In this document: in pieces, positions 9,999 to 20,401 of the stretch
Numbering within the stretch: position 1 is the stretch's first letter
Layout of the letters: the number at the start of each line of letters is the position of its first letter
UHGV virus genome: UHGV-0301147
DNA from: a virus
DNA: 42,879 nt
Reading direction: 5' to 3' (one strand)
Program-made: the position numbers and the translations under genes
The notes under the pieces: generated by a model
The model's input: only the letters and a program-made list of their open reading frames with translations
The model's database searches: none
Told to the model about the DNA's origin: nothing

Positions 9999-10384
9999 AA
10001 TATCAGTTCCATATTATTAAACTCTAATCGCTGTTGTGTTTCGATATCTGTTGCGATAATTAATATTGTTATTTTCCCGATGTCCACTGCTAACACATTT
10101 ATTCTGTCAATTCTGACGCGTGGTTCCCAGCGTGCTATTGCTCCTGCACTTTCCATTATTATTCTCATAGCAAGCGACGGATCAGTGGGATTATCAACGA
10201 GGTCAAATAATTTGCTGCCGTATTCCGGCAACATTACACGGGTTCCCAGCGGGGTCGTTAAAATATCAACGATAGACTGACAAATGTGATCAGTCCCCGA
10301 TAAAGGCTTACCGGTGTTACGGTCCATTCCAAGCATATTTACGCCATTGGTTGGTTCGGTTGTTGTGTTTCCCCGTCCGGACAT
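9995..10384 (-). CDS. Baseplate wedge protein, GPW/gp25 family
   Basis: 129-aa ORF with the MLPEYGS ... WEPR signature of the gpW/gp25 family. Confidence 0.85.
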   Translation of the reverse strand: MSGRGNTTTEPTNGVNMLGMDRNTGKPLSGTDHICQSIVDILTTPLGTRVMLPEYGSKLFDLVDNPTDPSLAMRIIMESAGAIARWEPRVRIDRINVLAVDIGKITILIIATDIETQQRLEFNNMELIF

Positions 10385-11256
10385 ATATGAGTGTGTCCGT
10401 TGTACGTTGTGCGGACCTCAGTCATTGTGCCTTGTCGGTCCTGCACCTCTTGCCCTGCTAACACACTACCGCGAGTTGTGATATTACCTGTTCCACCGTT
10501 ATCTCCAGTGACAGAAATATCGTTACGGAATGTCGCTAATTTATCTACTACTAATGTCTCGGTAATATGCGTTGGACCAGCTAGTGTTATACCACCCGGA
10601 GCCCACGCGCTGATTGTTTGAGCTGTCAGCGATATTCTGTTCGCAGCAGTAACACTAACAGAACTCGTTGCTATAACGTTCACTAAATCAGCATGTGCGT
10701 TAATTGTATCTGTCGCTGTGACATTAATAATATCAGCGTCTGCGTTAATTAATTTCCCACCATGGATATTAACTACATTTTCGCTATTAATAGTAACATC
10801 TGCGCGTCCAAATATTTCTATTTCAGACTCACCGAGTATTTTTACCACGCCGTCCGGTACGCCCTGCCATGTCAGAGTGTGATTTTTTGTGTTATACGTC
10901 ATCGTAGCCCCGTCACAGTATGCAGTGACATGATCATGGGGGTCATTGCTTGGCGGAGCTTTGTCGTCAATGTGCAGCCCGAGCATAACTACACCGTTCC
11001 GCGTATCCCCACCCTCAGAAACAACAGTAACGGGATCGCCCACTGATGGTGCGCTCCAGTCGACGCGTTCTGAGGTGGCGTGAGTAAACCACTGCAGCCA
11101 GCCTGACTGGTGTTCGCCACCAAATGAGACTCGGCAGCGTGGAGGATTCATTTTAACTGCAGCTATCGTGCCGCGTTTAACTGCGTCACGCAGCCTGCGC
11201 GCGTTCTCCGCTGCAGCATATTCATCGTCCGATTGGGCCATAATAGTCGCCCTCAT
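10339..11256 (-). CDS. Baseplate assembly/spike protein V
   Basis: 305-aa ORF with gpV-type N-terminus and Gly-rich repeat C-terminus; true start may be an internal Met. Confidence 0.8.
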   Translation of the reverse strand: MRATIMAQSDDEYAAAENARRLRDAVKRGTIAAVKMNPPRCRVSFGGEHQSGWLQWFTHATSERVDWSAPSVGDPVTVVSEGGDTRNGVVMLGLHIDDKAPPSNDPHDHVTAYCDGATMTYNTKNHTLTWQGVPDGVVKILGESEIEIFGRADVTINSENVVNIHGGKLINADADIINVTATDTINAHADLVNVIATSSVSVTAANRISLTAQTISAWAPGGITLAGPTHITETLVVDKLATFRNDISVTGDNGGTGNITTRGSVLAGQEVQDRQGTMTEVRTTYNGHTHICPDGETQQPNQPMA

Positions 11257-11758
11257 GTTCTGCGCCGATATCTGGTGCTATTCCGACGTATATATTTTTC
11301 AGGGTCCCCTGTGAGGGATAATCGAAAATATCTGGACCAACGCCTACAACCTGCGTGAACGACACGCACTGAACTGAATGCGAACCGACTGACTGCCCGT
11401 TTTTAATCCAGTCGCACGGTTCCGCGTCGCTGAATTTTGCCGGTTTAGTTCCGGGACCGAACATTCGCCCATTGATCCAGCTCGTCATATAGAGCGCTGC
11501 ATTCTGCGATTTCAGTCCGTACTGATCAGCTGCAAATTCACGCAGCAAATACAAATTACACGACAGCTCGACTGACTGAATTGAGCCTGGAACCGATTCG
11601 TCACTCTGTGACCAGTTGCTGATTTCCAGGAACAGAGCTGGCGTTTCAAATCCAGCCGGAATTTCCGGATAAATTCCGAATGTTTTGATGAACGGTATTT
11701 GTAAAACCGCGCCTTTAACGCGATCAAGATATTCGTCAAATGCATCCAGTCCGCTCAT
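11222..11758 (-). CDS. Putative tail completion protein (P2 S position)
   Basis: 178-aa ORF upstream of V; assignment is positional. Confidence 0.45.
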   Translation of the reverse strand: MSGLDAFDEYLDRVKGAVLQIPFIKTFGIYPEIPAGFETPALFLEISNWSQSDESVPGSIQSVELSCNLYLLREFAADQYGLKSQNAALYMTSWINGRMFGPGTKPAKFSDAEPCDWIKNGQSVGSHSVQCVSFTQVVGVGPDIFDYPSQGTLKNIYVGIAPDIGAEHEGDYYGPIGR

Positions 11759-12435
11759 AATCGTTTACCTGTTTTTGGGTCTACGTGGACATTACCTTTC
11801 ACGCGACCGCGCAAATCTTTCTCAAAAAAGCCCATAAAAACAGGGCCAATGTTTTCAAAAATATAATCATCGATAGCATCCTCCAGCGCGTCGTGCACAG
11901 GTACGCGAGCCTCTTCGATTCCTCCGCGATCCAGTCGAATCCAGACACTTTTCGCACCGTAGCGTTTCGCTACGAATGAATCGGGCCAACTCATCATCGC
12001 CAGCCCTGCACTTTTGGGTGTAAAAGTTGCCCCTCTAGCGCCTTTTTTGGTTTTCAAAAACAGGCCGGTCTCAAGATCGCGAGGCTGTTTTTGCCTCCGT
12101 GGATTTTGTAATCGCCCCTTTAGCTCAGATACCCGGAAATCATTCAGACCGTACCAGAGCTTGGCGCTGCTCAGGTCTCCTGCCCCTTCTTTTGTAAAAT
12201 TACGGCGCTTAATGAACGGCTTGATTCGTTTATCTACGGCCTTATGATTTTTAGCTGCCAGTGCAGTCAAAATCATTCCTGCTGAAATTCGGTGCATATG
12301 TTTTGCAGTTCGGTTCAGCGCCCTGTTGTATACCATTAACATTTGATGTTGCGTCGCGCTGATTTCGACTCTGAGCTGCTCCAGCGCCGAAACATCGATA
12401 TCGAACATCTGCGCGTTACTACGTAAATCGGCCAC
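11755..12435 (-). CDS. Putative virion morphogenesis / tail completion protein (P2 R position)
   Basis: 226-aa ORF, translationally coupled to the next gene. Confidence 0.45.
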   Translation of the reverse strand: MADLRSNAQMFDIDVSALEQLRVEISATQHQMLMVYNRALNRTAKHMHRISAGMILTALAAKNHKAVDKRIKPFIKRRNFTKEGAGDLSSAKLWYGLNDFRVSELKGRLQNPRRQKQPRDLETGLFLKTKKGARGATFTPKSAGLAMMSWPDSFVAKRYGAKSVWIRLDRGGIEEARVPVHDALEDAIDDYIFENIGPVFMGFFEKDLRGRVKGNVHVDPKTGKRL

Positions 12436-12466
12436 GGTTCCCCCTTAAGTGGGACCGAGGTCCCAC

Positions 12467-12847
12467 TTAGTATTTTGAATACTCGCTGTTTTCGCTGGAC
12501 GTGTGAGGCTCTAAAAAAATATTCGTGAGCCCTGTGCCATCAGGTTGAGGCTCTTTAACCACGTAATCGGTCCAGCCAGACCAGGTAACAGAGCCGTCAG
12601 GTTCGATGCTGCGCTGCTTTGGAACCTGGACGACGTCACGCGCAACAACGCCAGCGACGTCGTCCGAGAGCGCCGTCAGGCTCGTTACTGTACCGGTAAT
12701 AAAACCAGCGTGAGGAACGTCAACGCGCGCGTAAGGCTCGTTGAAAATAGCGATAATGGGGTCGGTTTTACCGCGTAATTTAACGGGCCGTCCCCACTCA
12801 CGGATCATCTCCTCGTCGCCGGCCCGGAGGTCATCGTAGTAGCTCAT
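12467..12847 (-). CDS. Putative head-tail adaptor (lambda gpFII position)
   Basis: 126-aa ORF between the FI-like gene and the tail module. Confidence 0.45.
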   Translation of the reverse strand: MSYYDDLRAGDEEMIREWGRPVKLRGKTDPIIAIFNEPYARVDVPHAGFITGTVTSLTALSDDVAGVVARDVVQVPKQRSIEPDGSVTWSGWTDYVVKEPQPDGTGLTNIFLEPHTSSENSEYSKY

Positions 12848-13263
12848 AGAGCGTAAACGTGATCAGCTGCGATAAGGTCTGCGACCTCCGGTGAATCAAC
12901 AACAATTTCACGGCCTGCGGCAACAATCTCGCGAACGCGACGCCCGTTCACGTAGTGATAAACGTCCAGCGTGTTACGCAACTTGACGCGGCGCGTAGCC
13001 GGTGCGAGCTCCTGCTCTTGTGACTGTGAAACGATAGCGCTCGCGATTGATTGAGCGAGTTCATTATCGGTCCCGGACGCAGTATTCACTGTAATCTCGA
13101 TGCCTCCCGCGTCACCGGATTGCTCGTTCAGAATATCGAGCTCTGACTCAGCGCCGGCAACGATTGATTCCAGTTCCGCAATAGTCCCGCTGCGCGGTAA
13201 TTCGCGACCGAGCTGAGCGCTCATATCGTCAATACGCGCCAGCAATTCTGTTTTTGTGCTCAT
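12844..13263 (-). CDS. DNA packaging protein, lambda gpFI-like
   Basis: 139-aa ORF immediately after the major capsid gene; N-terminus resembles lambda FI. Confidence 0.6.
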   Translation of the reverse strand: MSTKTELLARIDDMSAQLGRELPRSGTIAELESIVAGAESELDILNEQSGDAGGIEITVNTASGTDNELAQSIASAIVSQSQEQELAPATRRVKLRNTLDVYHYVNGRRVREIVAAGREIVVDSPEVADLIAADHVYAL

Positions 13264-13297
13264 GTTGATTCCTTAACAAAAAAGAGCCTTTCGACTC

Positions 13298-14332
13298 TTA
13301 CGCGATTTTTACGACAACGAACGCGTCGGCGTCCGTGAGGACCATTGCTGGCGCGGATTGCGTCATTGTTTGCGTCACTGCCGGATCACCGGTAGTGGTC
13401 CAGACTTTTGGATAGCGCGTCGCTTCGGAAATACCCTCTTTCAGCGCGTCTTCGTCCTGAATTGCGCCATAAGTGCGGAGCCCGCGGTTTTTTGTGTTGC
13501 CAAGGATCATCGTGTTATCCGGCATATAACGCGTTTCAGTATCTGTTACCGGGTCGAGGTATTGCCCTTTGTAGACAAACAGCGCAGTGTCGCCGTAGTA
13601 GCCTTTAAAGCTGACAACGTCGCCCAGGTTTTTCAGCGCGACCTCGAGCTGGCTGTTTGAGCCACGGCGCGTATCCAGTGCCGTCCAGAATTTTTTAAAA
13701 CGCTTCAACTGCTTCCAGGCTTTACCATCCATGATGATCACGTTAACCGCACCGGAGGCGAGGTCCGCGTAGGATTCAATATCGTCGCTCGGGTCATACG
13801 TTTCCGCGTCCTGAGTCGACCAGGCTGTCGAACCGGACTGAGTGACGTTATTCGTCGCGCTGCGGCTCATGTCGATCTCATATGTCTCGATATTGCTGCC
13901 GGAAACAGTGTATTTACCGTACAGAACAGCCTGTACCGCCTGGAACTCTTCGAGCTGGCTGATGCTCAGTTCCTCATCAAGCAGGTTCTGCATGATGATT
14001 TTTGCACGACGTTCGACCGGCGTTTCCGGCTGGCCAATCTGCTCACCGGCTGCGCGCTTGATGCTCATATTCGGATTGATCGTGTGCTTGGGTTTCGTGT
14101 AACCCGGTTTGAAATGGTTCGTTGAATAGCCGCGAGTGCGGTCAACTTTGCCGGTGATCATCGGCGCGCAGTACACGGCCATGTTCACTTTTCCCGGGAT
14201 TTTATCCAGAAAAACCTCTTCGCTCGTAAACGTGTAGGTCTCACGGAAAAACAGCTTTAAAAACAACGGATTGAACTTAAATACCTGCTGTGTCGCGGTA
14301 ATCAGTTCTGACGTAGTAAACGAATCGCTCAT
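13298..14332 (-). CDS. Major capsid protein, lambda gpE family
   Basis: 344-aa ORF with long colinear similarity to recalled lambda gpE (FKF-PLFL-LFFRE ... GNT-ARGLRTYG-IQD). Confidence 0.9.
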   Translation of the reverse strand: MSDSFTTSELITATQQVFKFNPLFLKLFFRETYTFTSEEVFLDKIPGKVNMAVYCAPMITGKVDRTRGYSTNHFKPGYTKPKHTINPNMSIKRAAGEQIGQPETPVERRAKIIMQNLLDEELSISQLEEFQAVQAVLYGKYTVSGSNIETYEIDMSRSATNNVTQSGSTAWSTQDAETYDPSDDIESYADLASGAVNVIIMDGKAWKQLKRFKKFWTALDTRRGSNSQLEVALKNLGDVVSFKGYYGDTALFVYKGQYLDPVTDTETRYMPDNTMILGNTKNRGLRTYGAIQDEDALKEGISEATRYPKVWTTTGDPAVTQTMTQSAPAMVLTDADAFVVVKIA

Positions 14333-14348
14333 TTATATATCCTGTTAT

Positions 14349-14377
14349 AAAAAAACCGCCCGGAGGCGGCTTGTTTT
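14349..14377 (-). terminator. Intercistronic stem-loop with flanking T/A runs between decoration and capsid genes
   Basis: ccgcc-cgga-ggcgg hairpin flanked by a 7-nt A run and a T-rich run. Confidence 0.4.
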
Positions 14378-14390
14378 GAGTTTTTTGCTA

Positions 14391-14720
14391 TCAGCCGACG
14401 CTGATCGGCGTACCCACAAATGCTGATTTGCGTTTAGCTACGTCGGTAACCGTACCCCAGTTAATCGCCGTGTAACGGAACGAGCCTGATTTATAGTACG
14501 AGCAGTCTGCAGAACTGGAGCCAGTATTAACTGCGGTGGCAGTGAGGCCAATAGCTTTACCGACTGAGCCGTCCCAAACCTTAAACGTCCCGACAGTAGC
14601 GTCGAGCATAATCGGTGTCAGCCGGGGTACGTTGATCCCGCCCTGAAAATGACCGACGGTCGTGACAACAAGGTCAGGCCCAAGAATAAAATCGTCCGGG
14701 CTATACGTTTCTGTAGTCAT
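14391..14720 (-). CDS. Head decoration protein, lambda gpD family
   Basis: 109-aa ORF similar in length and sequence to recalled lambda gpD (YKSGSFRY ... AFVGT). Confidence 0.85.
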   Translation of the reverse strand: MTTETYSPDDFILGPDLVVTTVGHFQGGINVPRLTPIMLDATVGTFKVWDGSVGKAIGLTATAVNTGSSSADCSYYKSGSFRYTAINWGTVTDVAKRKSAFVGTPISVG

Positions 14721-15829
14721 TATTCATCCCCTAAAATTGAACGCCCTGCAGCAACCAGCATCGAGACGTTTGCGGTTGTTCCTGTTGCCGTAGTACTGCC
14801 AGCATCCTGAATAGTCGCTGGTGATTCAGTGCTCATTAGTGTATCGAGCGCCGTTTCTGTCCGCGCCTGCGCCGTTTTAGGTGCTGCAGCGAGGACTACC
14901 TGCGCCTGCCCGACCGTCATCCCGGGGACGCCAGCGAGCGCTTTTGCCTGCGCCTCGCGCCCAACAGCTTCGGGACAATTGATGATGGCCATCACACGCG
15001 CCAGTTCGCTTGATGCGGCGTCCGCGCCGATAAATACTGCAGCTTCCGTGGCCAGCACCCTGGATTTTTTCAGCCCGGTATAATCCGAGACTTTTTGCGC
15101 GAACTGCTCGCGCGTGCTGTTAATACTCAGCTGGAATTCGTCGCGAACGTCGCCTGGCAGCTGGGAATACGGGTTCCCGTCAACTTTGTGCGCGCCGGCG
15201 TAAATCAGCGTCACGTCGACGCCAGCAATCTCCAGCGCTTTTTCGACGCAGCGGTGAGCCATCAGGACACCGATTGAACCAACTGTGCCTGTCTGCGTTA
15301 TCAGCCGGCGCGAACACGCTGACGCCAGCAAATAGGCAGCGCTGCAGGCCGTATCGCTGGCCAGCGCCCACACAGGTTTTTGCTCTCGCGCCCGGGCGAT
15401 TAAATCAGCAGTATCAAACGCGCCGGCGACTTCACCGCCAGGGGAGTCAATATCAAGCAGGACCCCTCTTACATCGGGATCAGAAATCGCCTGCTGCAGG
15501 CGTTTTGCGATTCCGTCGTAACCGCTCATCCCGCTAACTGGGTTGATATAACCCAATTTATGAACCAGCGTCCCGGTAACCGGCAGAACGGCTATACCAC
15601 GCTCCACGCGATACGATTTCTGGCGTGTTCGCTCGCTGCTGTCCCACCCCATCGCGAGCGCGTTCATTTCGTCGCTGTTCATTACCTCTCCAGACGCTGT
15701 ATCAATCAGTCGCCCGGTACCGAACCGGTCGCTCAGCGCCGAAAAAAATACCCGCGCGTAGGTGGGCTCCAGCAAAAGCGGTTGATTGAACGCCCTGGCG
15801 GCGAGGTGCGGAAAATTGTTCCACGGCAT
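14720..15829 (-). CDS. Prohead protease (S49/SppA family) with C-terminal scaffold region, lambda gpC/Nu3-like
   Basis: 369-aa ORF with an S49 peptidase core and an Ala-rich C-terminal tail. Confidence 0.85.
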   Translation of the reverse strand: MPWNNFPHLAARAFNQPLLLEPTYARVFFSALSDRFGTGRLIDTASGEVMNSDEMNALAMGWDSSERTRQKSYRVERGIAVLPVTGTLVHKLGYINPVSGMSGYDGIAKRLQQAISDPDVRGVLLDIDSPGGEVAGAFDTADLIARAREQKPVWALASDTACSAAYLLASACSRRLITQTGTVGSIGVLMAHRCVEKALEIAGVDVTLIYAGAHKVDGNPYSQLPGDVRDEFQLSINSTREQFAQKVSDYTGLKKSRVLATEAAVFIGADAASSELARVMAIINCPEAVGREAQAKALAGVPGMTVGQAQVVLAAAPKTAQARTETALDTLMSTESPATIQDAGSTTATGTTANVSMLVAAGRSILGDE

Positions 15830-17403
15830 CAGTTACCTCCCCAGCCGTTATCGTTGGTATTTGAGGGGTGAGATACAGACCATGACGGTTCGCTCAGCCC
15901 CATTTCACGCCGGCGCTGAATTTCGTATTCCTGCTGCTCCATAACCTCCTCGTAATCCTGTCCCTGCAGCGCCAGTTCGTTCTGATACGTGCTGAGGCCA
16001 GTTGTGATGCGCATGGCGCTCTCCTGAACCTCTTTCAGCCCATCAATCGCCATGCGACCAGCGCCGATCCAGAGCGCGTTCGTCCAGGAGTTCCGCGCCT
16101 CATAAAACGACCGGACAGCTGAGCGTGGCAGGGTGATAATTCCGCGTGCCAGCGCCTCTTCAAACCAGCAGCAGAACATCAGCGACGCCTGTCGCGCGGC
16201 GATAAAACGTCGACGCCCCATGAAAAATCGCCAGCTGACGTTAGCACTGGCCCGGGCGCTGGAGTAACTGACCTGGCTGTAGTCCCGGCTAAGTTCTTCG
16301 TATGACGCGCCAACGCCAGCTGCAACGTAACGCAGGAGTGATTTTTCCAGTGAACTAAAACCAGCATCAGCATTCTGAGCGGTCTGTAAACTGAGTTTGT
16401 CGCCGGGATGCAGGTGGGGAACTTTCACACCACCGAGCTTGATATTTGCGCCGTTGTAGTACGTCACGTAACTCTGAATAAACGAATTCAGCGGGTTCGA
16501 GTCGATATCAGTACCCGCGCCGGCGATATATTCAAACGCCTGCTGGCTGTCGAGCTCTGATTCGATTGTCGCGGCATACATCGCCTTCACAATGGCGCTC
16601 TGCAGTTGTGTTTGCTGCAGTGTGTCGAGCATTTTCAGGCGCTCCATGACGCTGTAAAAAATATTGTCCCCGCGGGTCTGTCCGTCCTCGAGCGGCTCGA
16701 ATATGTGGATGAATGCGTGTCTGCCGCTGCTGAGCTGTGCTGGGATACGCCGGCATTTACCGACTCCGCCGAGAGGGTAAGTATCCTCGGCTATCCAGTA
16801 CCCGACCGCGGCCCCGTTTTTATCGATATCAACACCGGCGCGGCGAAATTGAGTGTCAGCTGCGTAACCCGGATTTCGAATCCGTTTCGGTGAGACCATT
16901 TTGAATCGCGTCCGAAAAACGCTGCCGGCACTACTCTCCCAGACTGGTTGTACGCAGGTTTCACCGTTGAAAGCGTGAGTAGCCACGCCCTCGCGGATCA
17001 TCATTGTGAACGTCCGTTTCCGCTCGATATCAATCGTGCAGTGAGGGTCCTCGGCGTATTCAGTCCACGCTACCTCGACGTCACGCGCCAGCGCCCTGGC
17101 GTCCTCGCGAGATATGCCGAGGTAACGCCAGTTAGGGCGATAACTCAACTTAAACAGATTGCCGACGATATGATCCTGGTGCAGCTGCACGGCGTTCGAC
17201 GCGACGCCGTTATTGCGAACGAGATCGTCTGCTCGCGCGTTACCGCGATAAAAATTCGGCAACAGTGCTGCGTCGGCGCTCTGCTGTGGTGCGTTCCAGT
17301 CAATCAGCTGGCCACCGAAACCGGGACCGCCGCCGTTATACCCCGCGTAACGGCGTAGTGGCGTTTTACCGTCAGGCCCGAGCAGCTGCTGCGGAGCAGT
17401 CAT
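15829..17403 (-). CDS. Portal protein, lambda gpB family
   Basis: 524-aa ORF between the gpW-like and protease genes. Confidence 0.85.
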   Translation of the reverse strand: MTAPQQLLGPDGKTPLRRYAGYNGGGPGFGGQLIDWNAPQQSADAALLPNFYRGNARADDLVRNNGVASNAVQLHQDHIVGNLFKLSYRPNWRYLGISREDARALARDVEVAWTEYAEDPHCTIDIERKRTFTMMIREGVATHAFNGETCVQPVWESSAGSVFRTRFKMVSPKRIRNPGYAADTQFRRAGVDIDKNGAAVGYWIAEDTYPLGGVGKCRRIPAQLSSGRHAFIHIFEPLEDGQTRGDNIFYSVMERLKMLDTLQQTQLQSAIVKAMYAATIESELDSQQAFEYIAGAGTDIDSNPLNSFIQSYVTYYNGANIKLGGVKVPHLHPGDKLSLQTAQNADAGFSSLEKSLLRYVAAGVGASYEELSRDYSQVSYSSARASANVSWRFFMGRRRFIAARQASLMFCCWFEEALARGIITLPRSAVRSFYEARNSWTNALWIGAGRMAIDGLKEVQESAMRITTGLSTYQNELALQGQDYEEVMEQQEYEIQRRREMGLSEPSWSVSHPSNTNDNGWGGN

Positions 17404-17633
17404 AATCGAACTCCCACGGGCCGACGGCGTCCCGTACTCAGACCGAGCTGTGATTTCAGCTCGATAATGTACGTTCGGAGCTGCTCAATACTCGCCTGCG
17501 AGTATTGATAGCTCCGGTTATTTCCTGCTGAATCGCCGTGAGACAGCGACACGGTCGATTTACCCGTTAATAATTTGTGCAGAGCGATTTCCGCTTCCAG
17601 CAGTCGTTCTGTTAAAACCTCGCGCGACGTCAT
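17400..17633 (-). CDS. Head-tail joining protein, lambda gpW family
   Basis: 77-aa ORF between terminase large subunit and portal. Confidence 0.8.
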   Translation of the reverse strand: MTSREVLTERLLEAEIALHKLLTGKSTVSLSHGDSAGNNRSYQYSQASIEQLRTYIIELKSQLGLSTGRRRPVGVRL

Positions 17634-19594
17634 TAGCTCCCTCCGAGCATTCTGGCCATCTCCTCGAGAGACAGTTTGTTTTGTGATTTTTTCCGTTGCT
17701 CAGCGAGCGTCTCGAGATTGAGCTGGAAACGAATTTTACTGATACGCAGCGCTGCCAGTCCGTACACCCAGCAGTCGAGCGCCTCATTTCGCCGGCCCTG
17801 GTTGTCCCAACGATAAACGACGCGACCGTTAATGAGTTTCGGGATCAGAACCTCGGAGACGAGCTGTTTTGCCTCTGTCGTGCTGAATATTTCGTCGTCG
17901 TTGGGAAAATGAATCGCACCTGGTGTCGCCGATTTGGAGTCGGGTTCCAGCTGCAGGCGCATTGCGAGCAGGTCTTTCGCTGTATCTGTCCCAATCAACG
18001 ACAAATACACTTTATTCGCGTTACGGGTACGAGGCATATTTACGACCGGCTGGCCGTATGAGCTCGCGCCCTTGATTGGAATGACCCACAGCGGACCGAG
18101 TTTCAGCGAGCGGTTATAAACGACCTGCGCATCTATGCCGCCGGTATCCCACGCCCAGCGACTGACGCCGATTGTGGTCCCGTCGCTGCGCCGGTATTGT
18201 TTGCGAATCACGCCGTCGACGCGCTGCAGCGTATCCTCCTCGTCGTAGCGACCGAGGACGATTGTTTTATCAATCAGCCAGCACTCCTCCTCGGCTCCCC
18301 AGCCCCACACGTAACACTCGTAGCGCCCGGACGTCTGAGAGTCGATGCCGCCGGTTATATAAACAACACCGTCAGGAACCTGGCTGGCGTATCTTTCCCG
18401 GCGATTAACGAGAATATCGTGTTCCAGCTGCTCGCTGGCCACTTCGCTCCAGAGTTCGCCGAGCGTAGTGTTATGAAACGTTTTTTCTTTGAGTGGTTCG
18501 CCCTTCGCTTTCAGCCACTCGCTGACAATCTCGCCCCAGCCGTCGAGATTCAGTGAATACAGGGCGTTTATCACGATCGCCGCGTGTTTCGGCGCGCGAA
18601 CGACGCCACCGTCATGATCAAAAAAATGGATTCCGTCTCGGGTCCAGGTGCAGTCCTCGGCTATCCAGCGCCCCCCGAGCTCCATTTTTTCGAGATCGCG
18701 ATAGTAAAAATGCTCCGGGCAGTGGCAGCACTGGTAATACGCGGACGACGATTTCGACTCGTTGGTCTGCAGGCTGTCATCCCACTTGAGACCGTATTCG
18801 ATACCGTCGAAACCAAATACCAGGGTCTGCTCCTCGCTACAATGCGGACACTTCAGGTAAAAACGAAATGTCAGATCAGCAGCGTCTTCCAACATTTCGA
18901 TATGACTTTTACCGGTGACTGTCGGTGTCGAACCGAAAATCGCCTTCGGGTACGCTGCCCCTTTAATTCGAACGAGCGCCAGTTCGATGGGCGAGCCCTC
19001 GCCTTTGCCTTTTTTGGCAACTTCCAGCGGCCAGCCGTCAACTTCGTCACCCTCGACAACCTGTTTCGTTAGTCGCCGGAAATTTCCTGGCGTACTCGCG
19101 CCGCGAAAATCAATAATCGCGCCGTTCATTTCTTTACGCTGGAGATTGTTACGCTCGTTGCTTTTATCCCAGTCGGGGAAAATTTTCTGAATCACCGGCA
19201 TTTCGGCGATAGCGGGGTCAACCTCATCGGCGACAAATCCATCCGATTCGTCATCGATAGGCTGATAGACCACGGCACTACGTTTTTTGTGCTCAGCGAA
19301 ATAGAGCAGCGCCGCGACGAGTATTTTTGTATAACCGAGACGAGCTGATTTGCGAACAGACACGATTTTTATCGCGTCGTTAGTCATCATATTGAGCATC
19401 ACTACCTGGACCGGCTGAGTCGTCCAGTGGCCAGCGATGTGGCTGGAGCCCTCAGGGAGATAAAAATATTTATCAGCCCACTTAACCCCCGTCATCGGTA
19501 TCGTCACGCGCAAGGGATTCAACCCTGTCGAGATCGCGTTCGATATCGCTGACATCGTAATCGCTGAAGTCGACTCGTATGTCTGCCAGTTCAT
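17633..19594 (-). CDS. Terminase large subunit, lambda gpA family
   Basis: 653-aa ORF with gpA-like N-terminus (VKWADKYFYLPEGSS vs lambda VEWADANYYLPKESA); the annotated start overlaps the small subunit, so the true start may be an internal Met. Confidence 0.9.
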   Translation of the reverse strand: MNWQTYESTSAITMSAISNAISTGLNPLRVTIPMTGVKWADKYFYLPEGSSHIAGHWTTQPVQVVMLNMMTNDAIKIVSVRKSARLGYTKILVAALLYFAEHKKRSAVVYQPIDDESDGFVADEVDPAIAEMPVIQKIFPDWDKSNERNNLQRKEMNGAIIDFRGASTPGNFRRLTKQVVEGDEVDGWPLEVAKKGKGEGSPIELALVRIKGAAYPKAIFGSTPTVTGKSHIEMLEDAADLTFRFYLKCPHCSEEQTLVFGFDGIEYGLKWDDSLQTNESKSSSAYYQCCHCPEHFYYRDLEKMELGGRWIAEDCTWTRDGIHFFDHDGGVVRAPKHAAIVINALYSLNLDGWGEIVSEWLKAKGEPLKEKTFHNTTLGELWSEVASEQLEHDILVNRRERYASQVPDGVVYITGGIDSQTSGRYECYVWGWGAEEECWLIDKTIVLGRYDEEDTLQRVDGVIRKQYRRSDGTTIGVSRWAWDTGGIDAQVVYNRSLKLGPLWVIPIKGASSYGQPVVNMPRTRNANKVYLSLIGTDTAKDLLAMRLQLEPDSKSATPGAIHFPNDDEIFSTTEAKQLVSEVLIPKLINGRVVYRWDNQGRRNEALDCWVYGLAALRISKIRFQLNLETLAEQRKKSQNKLSLEEMARMLGGS

Positions 19595-20048
19595 TCAGGG
19601 CTATCGCCAGCTCCTCTCGTAATACACTGCTCGCCTCCTGCGGCATTTCAGGCCACACCTTTTTCAATCGTGGTGGCCACGACTCGACGCGGGTACGTAA
19701 TTCAACGGCGACGCGAGATACAGCAACGCTAATTAATTCAATTGGCGCGTAGCGTTTAGCGAGAATGCGGCGTTTTACTCGTGCCATCAGGATTCGCTCC
19801 TGTCGTTCCTCATTTTTCAGCCACTGCTCGCGATTTTTTTCGGGAGAATTGTCCCCCACTTCCGGTTCGTCAGTACCAATTGTGTCGCGTCTATTACTCC
19901 GGAGATAATGAATATAAAAATGGCGCCAGGCATCAAGGTCCCAATCGCCACGTCCCTGTGGGACTGGAGCTCCCGGAAGTTTTGCGAGATCGCGCAGACG
20001 ACGATCAGATAGCAGTAAATGTGCTGCGACCTCAGCCTGACTTGCCAT
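19482..20048 (-). CDS. Terminase small subunit (Nu1-like, N-terminal HTH)
   Basis: 188-aa ORF immediately upstream of and overlapping the large terminase gene. Confidence 0.6.
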   Translation of the reverse strand: MASQAEVAAHLLLSDRRLRDLAKLPGAPVPQGRGDWDLDAWRHFYIHYLRSNRRDTIGTDEPEVGDNSPEKNREQWLKNEERQERILMARVKRRILAKRYAPIELISVAVSRVAVELRTRVESWPPRLKKVWPEMPQEASSVLREELAIALNELADIRVDFSDYDVSDIERDLDRVESLARDDTDDGG

Positions 20049-20401
20049 TAAAAATCCTCACCGGAACCGGAAATACCCAAAATGAAAAAATACTAAAAAT
20101 GAGTGAGTTTTTGCGCGTCTACCGACCCTCGGTGTTTTGGATTTCGGAAAGGACCCGCGACCAGGGGGCTATCTCCCTTTCAGGACAGGAATTAGGGGCT
20201 CGCATCAGGTTCATCAAACTCAACTGTAGCCTCGCGGCGTACTTGTTTGCATACATCAGCTTTGTGTATCTGATTATCAGCGTAAGCTTTCACTTTGGCA
20301 GCGAGCCATCCTTTTGTGCTGTATCGATAGACTACCGAACAAGTTTTCCATATATGTATATATATTGAAATTATTGATATCATTACAGAAAAACAACAAC
20401 C

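Noticed and set aside
18584-19072. 162-aa plus-strand ORF inside the large terminase gene (similar cases: 5564-5917, 34106-34597, 38548-39012)
   Set aside because: Fully nested antisense within well-supported genes with atypical composition.
20049-20200. cos site
   Set aside because: A GC-rich dyad (ggacccgcgacca) vaguely resembles lambda cosN, but the match is too weak to call without virion end data.
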